Position numbers and translations under genes: made by a program. Below the pieces are notes generated by a model that made no database searches, had not been told where the DNA came from, and saw only the letters and a list, made by a program, of their open reading frames with translations. A stretch of DNA of 34,371 nucleotides, taken from positions 1 through 34,371 of the forward strand of contig DASRGZ010000116.1 in the NCBI GenBank assembly GCA_035650735.1. The letters are read 5' to 3'. Source of the DNA: Chthonomonadaceae bacterium. GTDB taxonomy: Bacteria > Armatimonadota > Chthonomonadetes > Chthonomonadales > Chthonomonadaceae. Below, piece by piece: positions 27,452 through 34,371 of this stretch (within the stretch, counting starts at the first letter, position 1; each line of letters opens with the position of its first letter).

Positions 27452-28136
27452 TTATCCGCATTGATGCCGTAAGGCGTCCAATTCCGCGCGCAGACGGGCG
27501 ATCTCCGCTTCGGCAGCCTGAGCGCGCTGTGCGTGTTCCTCGTGGCTCAACAGCCATACGCCGCGACGCGGATCATAGAAGCGCAGCTGTTCTCCCTCCA
27601 TCACCAGGTCCAGTCCCAGCTGCTCGCTATGCAGCCGTCCCTCTACCAACTCAAGTGTTACATACCGATCGCCTACTAAGCGCCGGCCTTGCAAACGCGG
27701 CTTCAGGTAGTCCCCGGTCGGATCGAACTGAAAATACTCCGGCACACGCAGCACCTGCTCATAGAGAGGGACTTTCTTGGTCGTATCCTCTCTGCGGGTC
27801 TTGCGGGACGTGAACTCAAAGACGACAGAGGGAAGTTTGCCGCCCTCTTCCCATACTTTGTAGCTGTCCCGATTGCGCCTCTCGACGCCAAAAACCACGT
27901 AGCAATTCGGCGAGACGACCTTTTTGGGATTGCCTTTTTCGTAATAGAGAAAGTCGTTGCCGGATATCCACACATCGGGGCGGTCCGCAAGGTAGAGTTC
28001 CAGCGCGTCCAGGCAGTAGGTCATCTCTTTTCGGTGCTTTCTGGTTTTCGCCATCGGTTTCCCATCGCCGGTTAGGATAGAAGTCTTCGTCCTCCTCACG
28101 ACGGCGCTTGCCCCCGGATCGCGTTGCGGTTGCCAT
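27452..28136 (-). pseudogene. Uma2/DUF820 family endonuclease, frameshifted
   Basis: MATATRSG...DFYP continues into TGDGKPMA only after removing one A (tat cct a acc ggc, about 28073). VFEFTS, VPEYFQFDP motifs. Catalytic PD appears as PN. Confidence 0.78.
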
Positions 28137-28332
28137 TGTCTTTCCTCCTGTGTCCCTCACCGCAGACACATACGCAGTATACGCGCAAACCAGGGCGAAC
28201 GTCAACGGCCCCAAATTGCCGTGACGATACCTCGTCTCTTAGTCTGCTACTGAGATATGGAGGCGTTTCTAAGAGCGGGTTTCCCGTCATTATCCCTATG
28301 GCGGACTACTCTTTCCTGACACGCCAAAGCGG

Positions 28333-28375
28333 AAGGGCGCAAGACGGGAACACGATGGTTCGGTCTTGCGCCCTT
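28333..28375. terminator. Hairpin, probable terminator downstream of the isomerase gene
   Basis: 13-bp perfect stem aagggcgcaagac/gtcttgcgccctt; weak U-tract. Confidence 0.4.
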
Positions 28376-28467
28376 GTGTGCAGAGTCAGCAATGCGCCTG
28401 TTGTAGTCGAGCGTGAAGGTAAGCCCTTGCGTTGCGCCCTTGCATGCAGAGTTCAGAAAGGCAGAAC

Positions 28468-29451
28468 TTACTCTCTAGCCCAGAACATCGCGCCGGGCTT
28501 CTCCTTGACGACGGCGGTCTGGAGCGTCTGGAGGGCTTTGGTCAGGCCCTCCTTGGTGCTCATCATGCCGTCCTCGTGCTCGATGGAGAGCACCCAATCG
28601 TAGCCGACCATCCGCAGGTTGGTAACGAAATCGTTCCACCAGAACTGATCATGGCCGTAGCCGACCGAGCGGAACACCCAACTGCGCTCGGCGATCTTGC
28701 CGTAGGACTTGGTATCCAGGTTTCCGTTGATGCCGCTGTTGATCGGATCAATGCGCGTGTCCTTGGCATGGACGTGGAAGATGGCGCCCTGCGGGCCGAG
28801 ATAGCGCACGGCAGCCAGCGGGTCAATGCCCTGCCACCAGAAGTGGGAGGGATCGAAGTTAGCGCCGATGTTCTCGCCCGCCGCCTCGCGCAGCTTGATA
28901 ATCGTCTCCGGATTGTAGACGACGAAGCCGGGATGCGCCTCGATGGCGAATCTGACGTTGTGCTCCTTCAGGAAGGCGTTCTGCTCCTTCCAGTAGGGAA
29001 TGGCGACCTCGTTCCACTGATATTCCAGGATGTCACGGAACTCATCCGGCCAGGGGCAGGTCACCCAGTTCGGGTTCTTGCCGCCGGGCCCCGACGGGCA
29101 TCCGCTGAACCCGTTGACCACGCCCACGCCCAGCTTTTCGGCCAGCAGCACCGCATTGCGGAACGCCTGATGATGATCGTTAGCGATCTCCTTGTTCGGG
29201 TGGAGGGGGTTGCCATGCACCGAGATCGCCGTGATCTCCAGGCCCCGGCTCTCGGTCATCTGCTGCAGCCGCTTGCGCGCGCCCTCGTCATTGATGAGCG
29301 TCTCCACGCCGCCCAGATCGTTGAGGTGCCGGTTGCCCGGATAGGCGCCGCCGCCGAACTCGACGGCCTGCAGGCCCACCTGGGCAATCGTATCCAGCGC
29401 CTGCTCGATAGGCATGTCATGGAACAGCGCGGTAAAAATGCCGATCTTCAT
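28468..29451 (-). CDS. Sugar phosphate isomerase/epimerase (xylose isomerase-like TIM barrel)
   Basis: HGNPLHP, AIEAHPG, NFDPSH, HVHAKD, FRSVGYGH, LSIEHED; start MKIGIF with GGAGG. Confidence 0.88.
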   Translation of the reverse strand: MKIGIFTALFHDMPIEQALDTIAQVGLQAVEFGGGAYPGNRHLNDLGGVETLINDEGARKRLQQMTESRGLEITAISVHGNPLHPNKEIANDHHQAFRNAVLLAEKLGVGVVNGFSGCPSGPGGKNPNWVTCPWPDEFRDILEYQWNEVAIPYWKEQNAFLKEHNVRFAIEAHPGFVVYNPETIIKLREAAGENIGANFDPSHFWWQGIDPLAAVRYLGPQGAIFHVHAKDTRIDPINSGINGNLDTKSYGKIAERSWVFRSVGYGHDQFWWNDFVTNLRMVGYDWVLSIEHEDGMMSTKEGLTKALQTLQTAVVKEKPGAMFWARE

Positions 29452-29569
29452 TGCTCGTTTGCCTCCTCTATGACATGGACAGGGTTCCAAAGTCTGTAGA
29501 CACTCCCAGCGTGACGCGGGAGAGGCAACGGCTTGCCCCTTTTGCGCGCCCGCTCATGGAGATCCGCTC

Positions 29570-30811
29570 TCAGTGTGGCGTGGCAGGGGCGGCCGGCCTG
29601 GCGGCGGGCGCCGGAGCCGGCGCGCTCGCTCTGGCTATCTGGGGCGGCGCCTCCTTGGCCAGGGCGGCCTCCGTATATTTGCAGCCCGCGTTCCACAACA
29701 GAAACTCCTTGATGCCCAACTCACGCGCCGCCTTGATCTCCGCCTTGACCTGGTTGGGGCCGTAGTGGACGCCGTAGAGCGAGAAATCCTGCAGCCAGGG
29801 GCGCAGCTTGCAGTTGGGCGCGACCTGCAGGCGCTTCTTGGCGTCGCCCAGCGACAGCTTGATGATCTTGTACGGCTCCTTGTTGGGGTTGGGAATGCCG
29901 TACTCGCCCAGGTGGTAGTGCGAAGGATAGACCATCGGGCATAGATAGTCCAATTGCCCAACCACTTTGACAAACTTCTGGCCGATGCCCTCATCATCCT
30001 TGACCAGACTCGTCAAGCCGAACACATCGGCGGAGAACCAGGCACCCTTGGCCTTGATCTTCTCGCGGGCGTACTTCAGAAAGGCGACGATCTGGTCTTC
30101 ACGCTTGGAGTTGGGGGGCTTGCCGGGATAGTGCAGCGCCGAGAGGTTGCCCTCGCTGGGGAAGCGCACGTAGTCGAACTGGATCTCCTTAAAGCCGTGC
30201 TTTATCGCGTCGAGCGCCAGATCCACATTATAGTCCCAGCACGCCTTCTGGTAGGGGTTGAGCCAGGCATGGTGCGAACGGTCGTGCCAGACGTGGCCGC
30301 CGGCATCCTGCACGGCCAGGTCCGGGCGCGCTTCGGCCAGCGGCGTATCCCGGAAGCAGGCGATGCGGGCGATGGGAAAGATATGGTGGGCCTTGAGCAC
30401 CGCCATCAGCTTATCTATCCGGTACATCTTCCGGCTTGCATGGGCCTTCTTGACCAGGGGCACGTCCGCGTCGTAGGCTACCTCGCCATCGTCCTTGACA
30501 TCAATCACCATGGCGTTTAGCTCGGTGCGATCCACCAGGCTGACGAGGTTGGCAAAGTGCTTCTTCACGCCCGCCGTCCAGCCGGTCAGATAGATGCCTT
30601 TGACGCCTCCGGGCGGCAGAGGCTCCGGCTGGGGAGGCACAGCGGGCGCAGGAGCCGCACTCGCGCTCACCTTTGCCTGCGGGAGTGGGCTTGCCGTTGC
30701 AGGGGCCTGCCCTCCGTGCCGACATCCGGCGAGCGCCAGCAAAGCAAGGCAGAGGATAGCAGGCCAGACGTTACGTTGCATCCAGTTTCTTACGTACATA
30801 GTTCCCATCAT
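29570..30811 (-). CDS. Putative glycoside hydrolase (DUF4015-like) lipoprotein
   Basis: Lipobox LALAGC; VKGIYLT, NAMVIDVKDD, IARI..FRD, EIQFDYVRFP, PMVYPSHY, RPWLQDF; start uncertain (30799-30811). Confidence 0.8.
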   Translation of the reverse strand: MMGTMYVRNWMQRNVWPAILCLALLALAGCRHGGQAPATASPLPQAKVSASAAPAPAVPPQPEPLPPGGVKGIYLTGWTAGVKKHFANLVSLVDRTELNAMVIDVKDDGEVAYDADVPLVKKAHASRKMYRIDKLMAVLKAHHIFPIARIACFRDTPLAEARPDLAVQDAGGHVWHDRSHHAWLNPYQKACWDYNVDLALDAIKHGFKEIQFDYVRFPSEGNLSALHYPGKPPNSKREDQIVAFLKYAREKIKAKGAWFSADVFGLTSLVKDDEGIGQKFVKVVGQLDYLCPMVYPSHYHLGEYGIPNPNKEPYKIIKLSLGDAKKRLQVAPNCKLRPWLQDFSLYGVHYGPNQVKAEIKAARELGIKEFLLWNAGCKYTEAALAKEAPPQIARASAPAPAPAARPAAPATPH

Positions 30812-30948
30812 CTTCGTGAAAATCGAGGCTAGACTTCCGATTAGACTTCGTGTCTGAGCCCTCACTAGAGAATTCCAATCCTAATCTCATCGAACCAACT
30901 TAGGCAGGAGGTCTATTAAATCCTTCTGCACCCTCGCAAGCTGGGTCG

Positions 30949-30985
30949 CTCCTTCCTGTGAGGGAAGGGAGGCGGGGGTTAGATC
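30949..30985. repeat. REP-like repeat copy
   Basis: ctccttcctgtgagggaagggaggcgggggttagatc; inverted version of the gacctaacccc...cttccc motif at 6263-6300. Confidence 0.55.
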
Positions 30986-31068
30986 CGCTGGCTGTCTCTT
31001 GGGTCTGGCTATTCTAGCATACCGGAGCCCGCTTGTCCATCAGAATAGACCGCTTTTTCAGTGACTAC

Positions 31069-31097
31069 TTGACCAAACGCGGGAAGAGTCTTATAAT
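31069..31097 (+). promoter_or_regulatory. Sigma70 promoter of the hypothetical-rtcA operon
   Basis: TTGACC-17bp-TATAAT. Confidence 0.78.
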
Positions 31098-31178
31098 GGC
31101 GTTGCTGCTATTGTATTACAGCAGTGAATCGCGCTGAAAGTTCTCAGGCGAGGCGTCTGTTGCGTCAGGAGAATTGCC

Positions 31179-32906
31179 ATGACCTCCGAAACCCTCTATT
31201 CCGCAAGCGCTGCCGCTCATCCTGCCGTTGCCGCCATTCGGGCCTGTCCGTTTGACCTGGTCGCTCGCGCCGAGCTCGCCCTGGACGGCTGCACCCGCCT
31301 GACCGACCCTCAGTTGGGCGGGCTGCCGTACTGTTACGCCGAATTCCATACCGACCCGCCCATCGCCCTCCATGCCGCCGGAGGCTATAGCGATACGACA
31401 GGCCGCCTGCTCGAAGCGCTGACGCTGGCCCATATAATGACCGGCACCCCTGCGGATGCGCGCGACGAAGCCTACGTGGCTCTGTTGCGCACCTATCAGC
31501 GCGAGAACGGACTGATGGAGCGGCCGGCCGCGCCCTGGACGCAAACGGCTCCTGTAGTCGAGATGGAATGGTCACAGCGCGCTCCCTTGCTGGCCTGGAT
31601 GACCCGCTACCTGGCCCTGGATGATACCGACGCGCTCCAGCGGGCGCAGCGGCTTGTCCATGCCCTCTATAAACATGTGATCTGGGAAGGCGATACCTGC
31701 TGGCTGCCCGCCTCCTACCTGCCGGAGAAGGGCTGGGTCGACCGCTTCCCGCCCATCGGACGCATGACGGATGTGCTGATCGGCGGGCAGGTCGTCTTTC
31801 CGCTGGCTCGGTTTGCCGGCGTCACGGGCAACGAGGAAGCGCTCCATGTGGCCCGCGGACTGATCCGGTTTCTGATCGAGCGCTCCGGCGCCTTCGATTC
31901 GGAGTCCCGGTTCACCCGCAGAAGCGGCTACTCGTTCCACAGCAAAACCGCCTTCATCCTGGGCGTTCTCAAGTACGGCCTGGTCTCCGGCCATGACGAA
32001 TATGTAGACTGGGCGTGCGCTGCCTATCATTATGCGCGCGAATGGGGCACCGAGTTCGGGTTCTTCCCGGATGTGCTGGTCGGGCACAACCGCTGGCAAG
32101 GGGATGCCAGCGCCACCGCCGACATGATCGAGATCGCCCTGCTGCTGGGCCTGCATAAAGATCCCTCCTACCTGAGTGAGGCGGAGCGCTATGGCCGTAA
32201 CCACCTGCTGGAGAGCCAGATCCTGGATTTCAATTGGGTCGATCAGCGCCTGGAGGCGCCCTTCTGCCAGGAGGTCTGGTGCGCCCACCATCCGCCCGAG
32301 GGGGTGACGATAGACGACGTCTGCGGGCGCTCACTCGGCAGCTTTGCGAGCTGGAGCCGGCCCAACGATGCCTTCGACCCGACCAATCCGCGCCTGGCAC
32401 GCCGCAGCACCGGCGCGGGCACGCGCGCCCTCTACGACCTCTGGCACTACGCCGTCACGCGCCCGGAGGGCGCGGTCATGGTCAACCTGCACTTCTCGCG
32501 GGATACGCGCTGGGCGACGGTGCGCTCCCTGGCCCCGCAAACCGGCGGCGTCGAGGTGATGGTCAAGACGCGCGGCGTGCTGGCCGTGCGCGTGCCGCCC
32601 CACGTCCACGACCCCCACGTGCTGGTCAATCATGTGCGCCCGCGCCATGAAGTGCTACGCCACGGTTACGCCTGGCTGGAGGCGCTGCAGGCTGGCGATG
32701 TCGTCTCGGTAACCTGGCCTCAGGACCGGCGCAGCTACACCTATACGCTGGAGGGAATCACCTACACGGCCACCTGGTGGGGCGATACGCTGCTGGAGAT
32801 GGATCCGCCCGGCGAGCTGGCTCCACTCTATCGGCGCGTCTCCACCGTCCTGCCGGCAGAGCCCCGCAACGCCACCGGCCCGGTCAAGGAGGTGGACACG
32901 CTCTAG
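31179..32906 (+). CDS. Hypothetical alpha/alpha-toroid protein, GH127-like architecture
   Basis: GRLLEAL, helical repeats, ERYGRNHLLESQ, VMVNLHF, LAVRVP, GDVVSVTWP beta-sandwich; AGGAG RBS. Confidence 0.6.
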   Translation: MTSETLYSASAAAHPAVAAIRACPFDLVARAELALDGCTRLTDPQLGGLPYCYAEFHTDPPIALHAAGGYSDTTGRLLEALTLAHIMTGTPADARDEAYVALLRTYQRENGLMERPAAPWTQTAPVVEMEWSQRAPLLAWMTRYLALDDTDALQRAQRLVHALYKHVIWEGDTCWLPASYLPEKGWVDRFPPIGRMTDVLIGGQVVFPLARFAGVTGNEEALHVARGLIRFLIERSGAFDSESRFTRRSGYSFHSKTAFILGVLKYGLVSGHDEYVDWACAAYHYAREWGTEFGFFPDVLVGHNRWQGDASATADMIEIALLLGLHKDPSYLSEAERYGRNHLLESQILDFNWVDQRLEAPFCQEVWCAHHPPEGVTIDDVCGRSLGSFASWSRPNDAFDPTNPRLARRSTGAGTRALYDLWHYAVTRPEGAVMVNLHFSRDTRWATVRSLAPQTGGVEVMVKTRGVLAVRVPPHVHDPHVLVNHVRPRHEVLRHGYAWLEALQAGDVVSVTWPQDRRSYTYTLEGITYTATWWGDTLLEMDPPGELAPLYRRVSTVLPAEPRNATGPVKEVDTL

Positions 32907-32907
32907 C

Positions 32908-33993
32908 ATGGCGGCAGCAGACAGGCAGCCCGTGTGGATTGATGGCGCCTTCGGAGAGGGCGGCGGGCAGATCCTGCGCACCAGCGTCTCGCTGGCGGCC
33001 CTTACCGGACGCCCGGTGGAAATCGCCCATATCCGGGCCCGGCGCAGCAAGCCGGGCCTGCAAGCCCAACACCTGACGGCGGTGCGTGCTGCCGCCGCAC
33101 TCTGCAGCGCCCGGCTGCAGGGTGATAGGCTCGGCTCCTCCTTCCTGCGGTTTGTCCCCGGCGCGCTCACCAGCCGGGATCATTTCCTCATTGATGTAGC
33201 CGAGGCGCGCGGCGGCGCCTCGGCGGGCGCGACGGGGTTGGTCGCGCAGACTCTGCTCGTGCCGATGGCCTTCCTGCCTGCCGCCGGCGCCGCCGCTACC
33301 CTCCGGGGCGGCACGCACGTTCCGATGGCTCCTCCCGCCGACTATATCGAGGCGGTCTACGTGCCGATGCTGCGCCGTATGGGCCTGGAAGCCGATCTCT
33401 CCTTGACGCGCGCCGGGTTCTACCCCCGAGGGGGCGGCGAAATCACTTTCCGTGTGTTGAGTGGCCGACCGGAGGTTCCGGTCGACTGCGTCGAACGGGG
33501 CAGGCTCAAACGTCTGCGCGTCTTCATCGTCACCTCCCAACTGCCCGAACACGTGGCGGCGCGCGGCAAAGAGACGGCCCTCAAGGGGCTGGCCGGCTAC
33601 GGCGTAGAGGTGGAGGCAGAAGTTCGCGACCTTCCCAGCCACGGCCCGGGGGCGGCGGTCGTGGTGGTGGCCGAGTGCACCATCGGAAGCGGCGGATGGA
33701 CGGGCCTGGGCGAGCGCGGCAAGCCTATGGAGCGCGTGGCCGAAGAGGCCGTGCGCGGCTTCAAGGAATGGTTCTCCACGGGCGCCGGCGTGGATGAGCA
33801 CCTGGCTGACCAGTTGGTGCTGCCCTGCGCGCTGATCCCACAGGTAAGCCGCTGGACAACCCCACAGATCACCGAACATCTGCGCACGGCCCTGTGGGTG
33901 GCGCAGCAGTTCCTGCCCATCGAAACTACTCTGGAGACTCGCGCCGACGGCTCCGGCCTGGTCACCCTGCGCGGAGTTTCGCCGCCCGAATAA
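32908..33993 (+). CDS. rtcA: RNA 3'-terminal phosphate cyclase
   Basis: IDGAFGEGGGQILRT, IRARRSKPGL.AQHL, GGTHV, GFYPRGGG, VDEHLADQL (adenylated His), TEHLRT. Confidence 0.93.
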   Translation: MAAADRQPVWIDGAFGEGGGQILRTSVSLAALTGRPVEIAHIRARRSKPGLQAQHLTAVRAAAALCSARLQGDRLGSSFLRFVPGALTSRDHFLIDVAEARGGASAGATGLVAQTLLVPMAFLPAAGAAATLRGGTHVPMAPPADYIEAVYVPMLRRMGLEADLSLTRAGFYPRGGGEITFRVLSGRPEVPVDCVERGRLKRLRVFIVTSQLPEHVAARGKETALKGLAGYGVEVEAEVRDLPSHGPGAAVVVVAECTIGSGGWTGLGERGKPMERVAEEAVRGFKEWFSTGAGVDEHLADQLVLPCALIPQVSRWTTPQITEHLRTALWVAQQFLPIETTLETRADGSGLVTLRGVSPPE

Positions 33994-33995
33994 GC

Positions 33996-34223
33996 AAGGA
34001 TGAAGGCGGAAGGATGAAGGATGAAAGGGGCCAGGGCTTTTCTTGGGAGTGTCGAATCCGTTGCAGGCAAGTTCTTGCCTTGACTGCACAGAACCGCACT
34101 CACCTGCAAGAGGTTAGCCACTCCCCTTTTCTTCATCCTGCATCCCTTCTCCGCAAGGATGAAGGCGAGAGGAGGAAAAAGCCAGGGCTTTTCTTCATCC
34201 TTCATCCTTCCGCCTTCATCCTT
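33996..34223. repeat. 228-bp element bounded by perfect 30-bp inverted repeats built from GGATGAA heptamers
   Basis: aaggatgaaggcggaaggatgaaggatgaa (33996-34025) is the reverse complement of 34194-34223; internal direct repeat gccagggcttttctt (34030, 34181). Confidence 0.8.
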
Positions 34224-34233
34224 ATCTAGGGCT

Positions 34234-34371
34234 TCACTGCCGTACACTTTTTGGAAGGAGGGCGTAGAGGTTGCCGCATTGGGTACTCTAGTGCTTACCA
34301 CAGACACTGGAGAACCTAAAATGAGCGACAACCTCACCCGTTATTGTGCCATAAGAGATGCCTTAAAGCGC
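34234..34371 (+). mobile_element. Left end of a probable IS4-family insertion sequence, truncated by the window
   Basis: IR-like tcactgccgtacacttt (34234-34250); drop in GC; GGAG RBS and ORF start at 34321. Confidence 0.55.
34321..34371 (+). CDS. Partial transposase N-terminus (MSDNLTRYCAIRDALKR...)
   Basis: Resembles, from recall only, the MSDN..RY.AI..AL N-termini of IS4-family transposases; only 17 codons visible. Confidence 0.5.
   Translation, partial: MSDNLTRYCAIRDALKR

Noticed and set aside
30830..30849. tagacttc direct repeat (12-bp period) upstream of the DUF4015 gene
   Set aside because: Too short to distinguish from chance without comparative data
32884..34337. Minus-strand ORFs 32884-34089 and 33597-34337, and plus-strand ORF 33894-34229
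   Set aside because: Antisense to rtcA and/or translations of the GGATGAA heptamer repeat (PSSFRLHP, FILHPSAFIL)
1..34371. Whole window as a composite transposon bounded by IS ends
   Set aside because: The two ends share no sequence and the interior is mostly housekeeping genes; assembly breaks at repeats are a simpler explanation

Overview
GC-rich bacterial chromosomal segment. The gene content and style suggest an Armatimonadota/Chthonomonadales-like organism, but that is inference. Both ends look like insertion-sequence ends, so this may be a whole contig. It carries about 25 genes. Housekeeping genes: deaD-like helicase, Rrf2/CymR-cysK, hrcA-grpE-glmM (no dnaK), folC, rtcA. There is a complete vWA(TerY)-PP2C-kinase triad (TerY-P / yegLKI-like, a candidate defence or stress system) whose kinase has Arg in place of the beta3 Lys. 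Exported redox/metal proteins include a Cys-rich cytochrome c, DUF1326 and a redoxin-heme-copper monooxygenase-like fusion. A 1342-aa tandem double M1 aminopeptidase has an inter-domain linker encoded by a dispersed palindromic repeat. Also present: a rearranged and frameshifted PIN toxin-antitoxin pair, a decayed Uma2 nuclease, and a GH127-like protein lacking the catalytic Cys residues that is coupled to rtcA. Intergenic DNA is rich in small mobile or palindromic repeats: a 103-bp IS982-type MITE with a 6-bp target duplication, REP/REPIN-like hairpins and heptamer repeats. No rRNA, tRNA or CRISPR array was recognised. All family calls come from motif recognition by eye; no database search was run.
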